A stretch of 54,536 nucleotides of DNA from a virus (lineage: Duplodnaviria; Caudoviricetes). A model generated the notes under the pieces. That model searched no databases. It was not told the origin of the DNA and worked only from the letters and a program-made list of their open reading frames with translations. A program made the position numbers and the translations under genes. Below, one piece after another: positions 17,943 to 27,268 of this stretch. How positions within the stretch are numbered: the stretch's first letter is position 1; the number at the start of each line of letters is the position of its first letter. The stretch spans positions 1 through 54,536 of IMG/VR virus record IMGVR_UViG_3300048895_000171; one strand, given 5' to 3'.

Positions 17943-19766
17943 GTGGTCTAGCCGATCTGACCGCCACTGTTTGCGAGATTCAGCCTTTAGCTTCTTGCCC
18001 CAGTGGCGGTCGTCTTGTGTCCTTTCCACCTTGAGGTTGTTGTTGATCTCGAATCCACGTCTGCGCGCGCCCTCCACTCCTATTGCCAGGGCGTCGAACA
18101 AGTCGGGTGACTTGCCGGTCTTCTCCTTCATCTTCTCCTTGGGCTCCACCTCGATGAGATTGCCGATCATGGTCCACTCCCTCAGGCAGCCTTCGTGAAT
18201 CACGCCGTCCTTGAGTCCGCGCATCTGGCCGCCCTCGATGACCATGCGGACGCTATACCAAAGCTCGGTGATGAACTTTTTGTAGTAGGTGTGGCAGGGC
18301 TGCTGGAGCTGGTAGGACACCATGCGGTCGCTGGGCTTGCCACCACAGTCGATGGGAACGGTCTGCGGGCTCCAGTTCCGGGCGAAGCAGCTCACCAGAC
18401 CGGTCCTCATGCCAGAGTCGAAGAAGAAGTTCTCGGGCGATATTCCGCGCGTGGAGCACTGGGATTTTACGAAGGCGACAATCTGGTCCTCCGCCTCAAC
18501 GTCAATCTTCACGTTCACTGGCACCACAATCTCGTCCATCAGGCACATGATCTGACGGTGCTTCGGGCTGGTCTGATTCTGATTGACCACGTTGGGGGCG
18601 AACCCTGCCGACGCATCAGCCGGACCAGACTCGTAGCCAATCTGTAACTCACCGAACACGCATCGGTCGCCGCCGACACCGCGGTAGGCCGCGTCCAGGA
18701 ATCCGATCTTGATGATGTTCTCGTTGAGCCACTGCGGGTCGTCCAGCGCACCGTTCTTCTGGCAGAGCTGGCGGGTTATGACCCGGCGGCTGCCCTGTCC
18801 GCGCGGCATCATCCCCTGGTTCATCATGGTGAACTGGAGGCTGTCCTTGCCGTATTGCGCGATGTCTCGGTCGATGGCCTCCTGGGTGATGAGCGGGATG
18901 CCCAGCTTGCCGTCCAGGTTGGGAGAGTCGCTGCCGACGAGTTGGATGCAGATACCGTCGGGGCGGCGGGTCTTCCAGGTTTTTGTCTTTGGTGTCTGGT
19001 CGATGCCGCCGTCCCATCCTCCAAGCTCGTAGGACGGCTCGCAGAATGTGCCCAGCGCGTCCATCGTTTCCTTCGGGTTGCCAAGGCCGATGACCTTCAG
19101 GTCTGGGTTCTTGTCCAGGTTGGAGATGGACATGACGAAGGCGGGAGGCAGGAGCTGGAGCTCATCCGCCACCATGCGGACCCGTTTGTTCTTGATGCCG
19201 ATGAAGTCGCCCAGACCGACGTAATCACCGCCGCGTTTACAGGGCACGCCGATGATGCCGTTGCGGAAGTCACGACCGTCAATGGACTCCGTCCGGGAAT
19301 CAGTGACGACGCGCAGCCGGCCCTCGATGAGGTTGCCCGGCAGGTTGGGATGATTACGCTTGGCGATGCGGTGGTATTTCTTGATCTCGCCGAACACGCG
19401 GTCCTCCAGCCGTTCCTTGGTGGTGGAGCAGACGATGACGGTGGTGCACTCAGGCCAGCAGTAATAATCAGTCAGGACGTCGGTCGCAGCGCTGTTGGTC
19501 TTGCCGGAGGATGCGGGGCCGATTACTCCAATGGTGCGGTTGGCGAGGTATTCCCGCATCTGAAGCTCGTTCCAGGCGTGCCACATCTTCTCGCTGCCGA
19601 ACAGGAGCTCCTGCAACTTCTTGAAGTGGAATTCCATCCCGTTGCCGATGGTGTTCCCTTTCTTACCAATCCAGGAGCCGCCCTTCCGGCACATCTCAAT
19701 CTCAATTTTTACCTGTGTAAAGTGACCGTTCCAAGTCACCCCGTATTGCTGCAATTCGAGCGGCAT
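17931..19766 (-). CDS. terL: terminase large subunit
   Basis: Walker A GPASSGKT, Walker B MVADE, GLGNP motif, nuclease FLDAA..GGD and KSPDLFDA; start probably ATG 19766. Confidence 0.9.
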   Translation of the reverse strand: MPLELQQYGVTWNGHFTQVKIEIEMCRKGGSWIGKKGNTIGNGMEFHFKKLQELLFGSEKMWHAWNELQMREYLANRTIGVIGPASSGKTNSAATDVLTDYYCWPECTTVIVCSTTKERLEDRVFGEIKKYHRIAKRNHPNLPGNLIEGRLRVVTDSRTESIDGRDFRNGIIGVPCKRGGDYVGLGDFIGIKNKRVRMVADELQLLPPAFVMSISNLDKNPDLKVIGLGNPKETMDALGTFCEPSYELGGWDGGIDQTPKTKTWKTRRPDGICIQLVGSDSPNLDGKLGIPLITQEAIDRDIAQYGKDSLQFTMMNQGMMPRGQGSRRVITRQLCQKNGALDDPQWLNENIIKIGFLDAAYRGVGGDRCVFGELQIGYESGPADASAGFAPNVVNQNQTSPKHRQIMCLMDEIVVPVNVKIDVEAEDQIVAFVKSQCSTRGISPENFFFDSGMRTGLVSCFARNWSPQTVPIDCGGKPSDRMVSYQLQQPCHTYYKKFITELWYSVRMVIEGGQMRGLKDGVIHEGCLREWTMIGNLIEVEPKEKMKEKTGKSPDLFDALAIGVEGARRRGFEINNNLKVERTQDDRHWGKKLKAESRKQWRSDRLDHSAR

Positions 19767-19819
19767 CCCCGAAGTTCGCATTTGACCGATGTGCAATCAA
19801 GCTGTATTGATAGAATCAA
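19767..19819. promoter_or_regulatory. divergent promoters for terL and tail genes
   Basis: - strand TTGATT-17-GAACTT 5 nt before ATG 19766; + strand TTGACC and TATTGA/TAGAAT before ATG 19820. Confidence 0.4.
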
Positions 19820-20008
19820 ATGACGGGAACCTTGCAGCCTTGCTCACCGTGCGTCAGCTATTTCTACGCTGGCTTCGGGGGCTCCATCAGTGGAACCGGC
19901 TCGCCCGTTGCACCACCCGACGACACCTCTCTGAACTGGAAATACACCGATCTGAACTGCGGAATGGTCTGGTTCTGGAGCGTGCTTCGTCAATCCTGGG
20001 GATGTTAA
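19820..20008 (+). CDS. small virion-associated hypothetical protein
   Basis: GTGSPV..YTD..W motif shared with the 14468 protein. Confidence 0.6.
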   Translation: MTGTLQPCSPCVSYFYAGFGGSISGTGSPVAPPDDTSLNWKYTDLNCGMVWFWSVLRQSWGC

Positions 20009-20012
20009 AATT

Positions 20013-20684
20013 ATGAGTTGCCCACAATGCGGATGCGCGGTCGTCGAGGCGGTGAACGTCCCTGGAATCAAGGGCGACCCCGGCAACGATGGAACCAACG
20101 GCCAGAACGCCTACTCCTTGACCACGGCAGACTTTGTTCTGCCTGCTGCAAATGCCAACGTGACCGTTTCTCTGACATCATCCCTGTGGATGGCGATTGG
20201 TCAGAACGTGATCTACGGCGACGGCACAACGGTTGGGAACTTCTTGGTCATCTCGTTCCCCACGGTGAACAGCGCTGTCCTGGAGTGGTTGAACTATCCT
20301 GGAGACTCGGTAACAACTTCCACAATGCTCACTGGCGGCGTAGTCACCCCGGCCGGCCAGTTGTTCACTCCTGCCAATCCTTTGCCCGTTGCCCAAGGCG
20401 GAACCGGCGCGGCAACTCTGACTGGCATCCTGCTCGGAAATGGTGTCGGCGCTGTGACCACGCTCGGCTGGGCGACCGGAACCTTCACCGCGAACGGCGC
20501 AACCCCAGTGACTGTGGCCGCTGCCAGTGTTACTGCGAACAGCATCATCATCGCAACCCTGAAGACCGTTGGCGGAACCGTCGGCGCGCTGCCGACCGTC
20601 AAGACCATCACCCCGACCACTGGCTTCACAGTTGCGGCCACGGCTGGCGACACGTCCGTCTATAACTACGCCGTCATCAACTAA
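20013..20684 (+). CDS. putative tail fiber/spike protein
   Basis: Short collagen-like GxY run, LPVAQGGTGA fiber motif, Thr/Ala-rich. Confidence 0.65.
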   Translation: MSCPQCGCAVVEAVNVPGIKGDPGNDGTNGQNAYSLTTADFVLPAANANVTVSLTSSLWMAIGQNVIYGDGTTVGNFLVISFPTVNSAVLEWLNYPGDSVTTSTMLTGGVVTPAGQLFTPANPLPVAQGGTGAATLTGILLGNGVGAVTTLGWATGTFTANGATPVTVAAASVTANSIIIATLKTVGGTVGALPTVKTITPTTGFTVAATAGDTSVYNYAVIN

Positions 20685-20685
20685 T

Positions 20686-23313
20686 GTGGCTGCTGAAAAA
20701 TCCAATTTGGTGATTGATGCCATCCAGGACTTCGGTCTTGGGATGAACAGTGACGTTGATGCTTACATAGTCCCACCCAACCAGGCCTCATTCCTGGTCA
20801 ACTCGACTGTCCGTGGGCTATTCCAGAAGAACCGGCCTCCGTTCCAGAATCAGAATCTTCTGGGGGCGGTTTGGCAGACCATCAACTCAGCGGGCATATT
20901 CCAGGGGGCTGAGTATTGTGCGCCGGATACTGGTCAGCAGTTCCTGATCGCCCAGATCGGCGGACGGCTGTTCACCTTCACTCCGGACACGAACGACTTC
21001 AACACCACCGTCGAGGAAGTGAGCATACCTGGAGACCTGAACCCGGACGGACTTCCGCAGGCGTGGTTGCATCAAGCCGAAAGGTGGATGGTGATTCAGA
21101 ACGGAGTGAACAACGCCATCGCCTTCGACAGCACCACCAAGGTCAGCCGTCGGTTGATTCCAACTTCCTCGGTGCAGGCGACCACAGACCCGGCCTCGGT
21201 TACTCCGACAGGCCAGTTCGTGACGCCGGTTCTTGGCGGAACGATGGCGGTTCCGTTCGTGGCCCTTGGAAACAATATCGCCAATTTCATCAACCAGACC
21301 GTCCAGCTAGTCGAGTATGACAACAACACTCCCCCAAATGTCACAGCCACGACGAACTGGGAAGTTCTCAGCGTCAACGGCTCGGTGACAATTTACAACA
21401 TCACCCTGAAGAACCTCGGTGACACCGCTGGGGCCATCCAGGGCTCCGGCAGCGGACTGTCCATCCAGCCCAGCAACATCGGGAACATCGTCCTGGCTCC
21501 TGGGACATTTGTTGTCGGACCGAACCACCACGCCAAGCTGACACTCACCATGTCTTCTCCGGTTCCATCGTATCTGGCGGTGAACAACCTGGTTTCCATC
21601 GCGGGTGACGGAAACTGGAGGGTGACGGATATTTCCGGAAGCCGGCTGGTGGTAAAGCTGGAATACACCATCGCCGGGTTCGACATATTCCTGGACCCGA
21701 GCTGGCCGGGGGTGGCTGTGATTGGATACCCGGTCTATGCCATCGCCAACACCCAGCCCAGCACGCAGGTTGGGACGCTGGCCGCCAACTTTACGGCCCC
21801 TGCGGTCGGAGCCACGGTCAGCACCACTCTGCTCACGTCCTACACCGGAGCCCTGAACCAGATTCTGTTCATCAACTCCAAGCAGTATCAGGTGACGGCA
21901 TTCAGCACGACGACCACCCCTCCGGTGACTCCGAATACGGCGCTGCTTTTGAACCTGAACGATTCCAGGACCGGACATGTGTTCAACGCGATCACCATTC
22001 CTGCGGTTGCTCCGACCCAGGTGTTCAACTTCCCAGAGCTTCCACCTGGTCGCATGATGGCTTATTGCCAGAACCACCTATGGCTGTCGCTTACTGATGC
22101 GCTCTCGTTTATGGCCGGCGACGTTGCAGGCGGACCTGCCGGCTCTCCGGCCTACAACTTCCGTGACGCGGTGCTGAAGGTTTCCGAGAACTCCTACATC
22201 TCCAATGGCGGCTCTTTCAAGGTTCCTTCAAATCTCGGACAAATCACGGCGATGAGAACCACCGCCCAGTTGGACGCATCTCTGGGTCAGGGGCCGCTGA
22301 TGGTTGTCTGCCCAGGAGGGGTGTTCTCCTGCAATGCGCCGGCTGACCGGACGCTGTGGGCCTCACTCACGACCCCGATTGTCTCCGAAGCGCTCATTGG
22401 TCTGGGCGGCCTGTCCCAGAACTCAACCATCGTGGTCAACGGCGACCTCATCTTCCGGGCTGTGGATGGCATCCGTTCTCTCATCATGGCCAAGCGGGAG
22501 TTCTATTCCTGGGGCAACACTCCCATCAGTTCGGAGATGAACCGGGTGCTGGCGCTGGACAACACTGCCGGCCTGCCATACGCCTCCGCCGCCCAGTTCG
22601 ACAACCGGCTCCTGATGACCGCCTCACCCATCCAGGGGCCGCAGGGGGTTTACAACGCAGGGCTCATCGCCTTGAACTTCGACCCCATCAGCACCATCCA
22701 GGGCAAGTCGGCTGCGGTGTATGACGGCCTGTGGACCGGCATCAACGTCATGCAGATCATCGAGGGCCAGTTCAGCGGGGTCCATCGCTGCTTCGCCTTC
22801 ACCCAGAACACCGCGCTGGGAAAGATTGAGATTTACGAAATACTGAAGTCTGGAAACTTGGACAATGGTTCGTCACCAATCACCTGGGGAGGTGAGACTC
22901 CGACCTTGCTCAAGTCTCCAAAGGGCAAGGCGCTCTACGACCTGTGCACGCTGGAGGACGGTGAGATTTACGTCAAGGACATCGCCCCCGGTCAGACCGT
23001 TGACTTCAGGGTTGAATACCGTCCTGACTTCTCGACGTGCTGGTTCCCGTGGCATGAGTTCTCGTTCTGCAATTCTGACCAGAGCTTGAACTCCCTGTAT
23101 GGCGCGCGCCTCGGGTTGGGCAAACCGTCGGCGGGTGCGTCCACGGGAGCCGGCTCGGTATCTTCCAGCACCGGACGCTGGTTCCAGTTCCGATTGACGT
23201 TCCGTGGTCACTGCGTTTTCATGGGCATGAAGGTGATGGGCAGCCTCCAGCCGCAGACCCAGTTCGCCGAGGTCATCAGTTCCGCGCCAACAACCCCACT
23301 GACATGCCCATGA
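20686..23313 (+). CDS. probable tail nozzle/stabilisation protein (P22 gp10-like)
   Basis: ~875 aa beta-rich; DGIRSL, TPISSEM, FDNRLL, YDGLWTG, WFQFRL; GTG start inferred. Confidence 0.6.
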   Translation: MAAEKSNLVIDAIQDFGLGMNSDVDAYIVPPNQASFLVNSTVRGLFQKNRPPFQNQNLLGAVWQTINSAGIFQGAEYCAPDTGQQFLIAQIGGRLFTFTPDTNDFNTTVEEVSIPGDLNPDGLPQAWLHQAERWMVIQNGVNNAIAFDSTTKVSRRLIPTSSVQATTDPASVTPTGQFVTPVLGGTMAVPFVALGNNIANFINQTVQLVEYDNNTPPNVTATTNWEVLSVNGSVTIYNITLKNLGDTAGAIQGSGSGLSIQPSNIGNIVLAPGTFVVGPNHHAKLTLTMSSPVPSYLAVNNLVSIAGDGNWRVTDISGSRLVVKLEYTIAGFDIFLDPSWPGVAVIGYPVYAIANTQPSTQVGTLAANFTAPAVGATVSTTLLTSYTGALNQILFINSKQYQVTAFSTTTTPPVTPNTALLLNLNDSRTGHVFNAITIPAVAPTQVFNFPELPPGRMMAYCQNHLWLSLTDALSFMAGDVAGGPAGSPAYNFRDAVLKVSENSYISNGGSFKVPSNLGQITAMRTTAQLDASLGQGPLMVVCPGGVFSCNAPADRTLWASLTTPIVSEALIGLGGLSQNSTIVVNGDLIFRAVDGIRSLIMAKREFYSWGNTPISSEMNRVLALDNTAGLPYASAAQFDNRLLMTASPIQGPQGVYNAGLIALNFDPISTIQGKSAAVYDGLWTGINVMQIIEGQFSGVHRCFAFTQNTALGKIEIYEILKSGNLDNGSSPITWGGETPTLLKSPKGKALYDLCTLEDGEIYVKDIAPGQTVDFRVEYRPDFSTCWFPWHEFSFCNSDQSLNSLYGARLGLGKPSAGASTGAGSVSSSTGRWFQFRLTFRGHCVFMGMKVMGSLQPQTQFAEVISSAPTTPLTCP

Positions 23314-24869
23314 GCTGCCCCGACCCAATCTGCCGCATCATCAGTTGCCCGCCCTCGGACGACTTGCCGCACTACTATGGCCAATACAGCCTCCAGTCCG
23401 GCGTGACTTATGAAAACGGTGTCATCATCGTGCCCGCTCCTGGCGGTGGCAGCTACACCGTTCCGCCGGGAACCATCATCGTCAACGTGCCTCCAGGAGC
23501 AACTTCGGTCACATACCAGGGGTGCCAGTCAACGATCAGCCTTCCAATACCTAGCGGCTCTACCCAGTCCGCCATCCAGCTCCTTGTGAACCAGGTGATG
23601 CAGCAGGCAGCCGCACAGTTGGCGGTCTGCAACGCACCCACCAATCCGCATTCCGGCGGAGCTTTTCCGCCAGTGACCTTCGGCAACGAGGCTTTGTCTG
23701 TGTCATGCCCGGACAAGCCAAACATGGATTTGATTGGCTCACTGCCTCCGGGAGTCACCATCACGCTGACCCAGCTTTCGATTGCCGGCGGCATATTCCA
23801 GTCAGACACATCAGTCTCTGAGGCTAACGCTGCCGCCACATCCTTCCTTATGGCGATCATGTCGTCGCAGGTTTTGTGTGGCTGGTGGAACACTGAGCAG
23901 TCGTTCACCTGTCCGGACAGCTCCATCCAGACGGTTCCGGCGAACACCTACTTCAACATCAATTCACAGGCCGATGCTGATGCCACCGCGCTGGCTGCTG
24001 CTGAGGCTGCCTGCCTGCCATCTGGTTCCTTGATAATTCTGAAAGATGATGAAGTGACTACGGAGCTAAACATTTTCTGCGAAAATATCAAGGTGGTGAA
24101 CGGGCAACTGTTTTACTGCCCGTATTCTCCCAGCGTGACGAATCCAGAGCTTTATGCTTCGCCTGACGGATTCAATTGGGCGAGCGTAAAAACCATTCCT
24201 GGTTCCGGCGGATTGTATGACATCGCCTATGGTGCCGGACTTTATGTTTTCGTCACGTCCTACGACGGCAGCGGCAGCCTTTCCACATACACGTCGCCTG
24301 ATGCGGTGACGTGGACATATCACAACCTTGGCATCGCCCTTCACCGCGCTCTCAACTCGATTGAGTTCGGAGCCGGAATCTTTGTCGCTGGCACAAACAC
24401 CGGACAGATGATTACATCACCAGACGGACTGGTTTGGACGAATCGGGGAGTCACTGGTCCTGCCGACGAAGTTTATCGCATCCGATTCCTGAACGGATTT
24501 TTCTTTGCGCTGTATCCGTTCAGTAACTGGGTCAATTCATCTCTGGACGGAATATCTTGGACCGTCACCCGGACTCCCCTGGCCTACAATGAACCAAGGG
24601 ATATTGCCTACGGGAATGGCATCTACGTCATCGCCGGCAACGGCTTCATTTATACTTCGCCGGACCTACTCTCCTGGTTTACGCACGCATTCGCACACCA
24701 GAACAACGGCCTTACGTTCGCCAGCGGCCTGTTCACGGTCGTCACCCAGGACAAGCTGGTGCTCACCTCTCCTGACGGCGTGACGTGGACAGACAGCGGT
24801 CGGGTTGCCAATAACGCACTCAGCTCTGTGACCACGTTCGGTATAAAAACCATTGCCGCCGAAGGATGA
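23304..24869 (+). CDS. tail fiber/receptor-binding protein with Asp-box beta-propeller
   Basis: Repeated SPDGxxW-like Asp-box motifs; N-terminal SQADADATALAAA-type repeats. Confidence 0.65.
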   Translation: MPMSCPDPICRIISCPPSDDLPHYYGQYSLQSGVTYENGVIIVPAPGGGSYTVPPGTIIVNVPPGATSVTYQGCQSTISLPIPSGSTQSAIQLLVNQVMQQAAAQLAVCNAPTNPHSGGAFPPVTFGNEALSVSCPDKPNMDLIGSLPPGVTITLTQLSIAGGIFQSDTSVSEANAAATSFLMAIMSSQVLCGWWNTEQSFTCPDSSIQTVPANTYFNINSQADADATALAAAEAACLPSGSLIILKDDEVTTELNIFCENIKVVNGQLFYCPYSPSVTNPELYASPDGFNWASVKTIPGSGGLYDIAYGAGLYVFVTSYDGSGSLSTYTSPDAVTWTYHNLGIALHRALNSIEFGAGIFVAGTNTGQMITSPDGLVWTNRGVTGPADEVYRIRFLNGFFFALYPFSNWVNSSLDGISWTVTRTPLAYNEPRDIAYGNGIYVIAGNGFIYTSPDLLSWFTHAFAHQNNGLTFASGLFTVVTQDKLVLTSPDGVTWTDSGRVANNALSSVTTFGIKTIAAEG

Positions 24870-24916
24870 CGCAAGATTTATTGACGAAACCGCCAGATTA
24901 ACCGATAACTGAACAA

Positions 24917-25930
24917 GTGATTACGTTCCGCCAGCTTAAATATGGTGCCGTCGGCCGAGCTTCCGGCCTAAACGTGGAGGGCTGTGACTTCCTAAAATAC
25001 TGCAACGACTCCGTTCGTCAGTTGATGAACCGCGGCAACTGGTGGGCAACGGTGCAGGTGATGACCGGCTGTGTCCGGGACAACTGCATCGTGTGGCCGC
25101 GCGGTGTGGCTGCCATCCTGGCGCTGAATACCTGCCGTGACCACACCATCGTCCAGAACAAGTGGTTCTCCTTCCGTCCACTGGATTCAAGCTGGCGAGG
25201 TGAGATGAGAAACTTCAACCAGAACGGATGGGCCGGTGAGTTCATCACTGAAATGCTCAACACCTCTCCCGTGTTCAATCCGATCAAGGCCCAGGGATTC
25301 ACCATCCGCTTCTTCATCTCGCTGCCATCCGACGCCGGAAAGTTAATCACCGTCTATGGAACCGATGTAAACGGCCAGGAAATCCGCACGCAGCGTCCCG
25401 ATGGAACCATCCAGGACGGTGTTCAGGTGGCCTTGGTTAATCCGTCAGTGGACACGCCCATGGCCGTCCGCCATGTCACCCGCATCGTCAAGGGTGAGAC
25501 CGATGGCGAAGTGCGCGCCTACCAGTTCAACGTGGCGCAGGGCTTCATGCTCGACCTTGGTCTGTATCAGCCCAGCGAGTTGAACCCGGAATACGTCGTG
25601 TCCCGCATCATGGGCTGCCGCCGTGGAAACTTCAACGGATGCACTGAGCAGGTCAGCGCCATGGTCAAGCTGAAGTTCATGTCCTTCAAGTTTAACGACG
25701 ACCTGGTTCAGGTGGACAATGAGGACGCCATCCGGGACATGATACTGTCCATCCGGAAAAAAGAGCAGGGCGACATAGCCGCCTCCGCCGCCTACGAGAT
25801 GAGCGCGTTCCGTGAAATGAATTATCAGATGAAGAACCTGTTCCCAGACGAGCAGTTCGTCGTAAACTTTCTCCCGTTCGGCAGGCATCAAGCCCTGGAC
25901 AATTACCAAACCCGAATCGGGATGATCTGA
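24917..25930 (+). CDS. putative head-tail adaptor/tail tubular protein
   Basis: 337 aa in the tail module; position and size only. Confidence 0.5.
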   Translation: MITFRQLKYGAVGRASGLNVEGCDFLKYCNDSVRQLMNRGNWWATVQVMTGCVRDNCIVWPRGVAAILALNTCRDHTIVQNKWFSFRPLDSSWRGEMRNFNQNGWAGEFITEMLNTSPVFNPIKAQGFTIRFFISLPSDAGKLITVYGTDVNGQEIRTQRPDGTIQDGVQVALVNPSVDTPMAVRHVTRIVKGETDGEVRAYQFNVAQGFMLDLGLYQPSELNPEYVVSRIMGCRRGNFNGCTEQVSAMVKLKFMSFKFNDDLVQVDNEDAIRDMILSIRKKEQGDIAASAAYEMSAFREMNYQMKNLFPDEQFVVNFLPFGRHQALDNYQTRIGMI

Positions 25931-25931
25931 T

Positions 25932-26522
25932 ATGGCAACACGACTACCAACTCAAGTTCCAGGATTCCAGCCCAACCCTGGACCACAGGCCGGAGCCGGT
26001 GCTTTCGGCGGCGTTCCTGGCATCATCGGACTTCCCCCCAATCTTTATTCTCAGGTCAATAAAGCCATTCCCGGCATCGCTCCGGCCGGCGGCGCAAGCG
26101 CGTCGGTCATCAACAGTGAGCTGGCTGGCGAGGTGAGCCCGGAGGTCCAGAATCTTTTGCAGACCAAATCTGCCGCCATGGGAGTTGGTGCCGGTGTTCC
26201 GGGCAGTGATTTCACGAAGAACAATTTTACCGAGAGTCTCGGACTGAACGCTGACCAGTTGCAGCATCAGGGCGTGGCTGACTACCTTTCGTTCCTGACA
26301 GGCACTGGCTCCACGATGACTGACCCAAATCTGGCAGTGAACGTGGCCACCCAGAACGCCGTGGACGCCGCTGCTCCAAACCCTTCCGCAGCCGCCGCCG
26401 AGAACCAGAGCGTGTTTGACAAGTATCTTGCCGCTCTGAAGGGTGGAGGAGTAAATCATTTCCAACCTGCTGGTGGGCTTGATAACCGGTCCGGAGTTTG
26501 GGATTACCTGCAATACTCATAA
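25932..26522 (+). CDS. putative ejection/internal virion protein
   Basis: Gly/Ala-rich, first of three genes of increasing size. Confidence 0.5.
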   Translation: MATRLPTQVPGFQPNPGPQAGAGAFGGVPGIIGLPPNLYSQVNKAIPGIAPAGGASASVINSELAGEVSPEVQNLLQTKSAAMGVGAGVPGSDFTKNNFTESLGLNADQLQHQGVADYLSFLTGTGSTMTDPNLAVNVATQNAVDAAAPNPSAAAAENQSVFDKYLAALKGGGVNHFQPAGGLDNRSGVWDYLQYS

Positions 26523-27265
26523 TGCCAACCATCGCACCATGGCTCATTCCGGCTGACCCGCTTCAAGCGGCAAAGGCGGGCACGTCGGCTGGTTTGGAGT
26601 ATCGCGGGCAGGACATCCAGGCCAACGAGCACGCCGCGTCATTGGCGGAGGCTGCCCAGGAGGCGCAGATGGCTCACCAGATTGAGCAGGAGAAGGTCAC
26701 TGGCACGCTGGCGCAGGCCAAGGCCCAGAGCGACATCGAGTCCAAGCAGGCCGCCCAGAAGTTCCAGGCGCAGCACGGATACCAGCTCGCCCTCGACAGC
26801 GGAGAAGACCCGGTGAAGGCGCTGCTCCGTTTCGGACCGCAGATGGGTGCGTCAACATCCGGACTCGGCCAGATCATGCTGGAGAATTTCAAGAACCGGC
26901 AGTCAGCAATGGTTCCGCAGCCGGTGATTAACCCCAAGACTGGAAAGGTGGATGCCTACCAACTCGGTGGAACGCTTCATATGACCGCATCCCAGGGCTC
27001 TGGTAAGGCCACCGTGCCTCCTGGACTGAAGGCCAGGCTTGATGCCGCTGTGAAGATGCTAACCTCCGACCCTGACCCTCGTCACGCAGCCGCCAACCAG
27101 AAAAGGGTTGATGAGCTGGCCAACGAGATGGACAAGACGCTGGCTGGAGATGGTGAAGGGGACGGAGAAGGTCAGGCGATGGCTGAAGCTCCTGGTCCCG
27201 CTGGTGGAAGTTTCGACTATGAATACGACCCCAAGGCTGGCACTTTCAATCAGGTAGGAAAATGA
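26522..27265 (+). CDS. putative ejection/internal virion protein
   Basis: Ala/Gln-rich helical protein; ATG 26522 overlaps previous stop. Confidence 0.5.
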   Translation: MPTIAPWLIPADPLQAAKAGTSAGLEYRGQDIQANEHAASLAEAAQEAQMAHQIEQEKVTGTLAQAKAQSDIESKQAAQKFQAQHGYQLALDSGEDPVKALLRFGPQMGASTSGLGQIMLENFKNRQSAMVPQPVINPKTGKVDAYQLGGTLHMTASQGSGKATVPPGLKARLDAAVKMLTSDPDPRHAAANQKRVDELANEMDKTLAGDGEGDGEGQAMAEAPGPAGGSFDYEYDPKAGTFNQVGK

Positions 27266-27268
27266 GTC

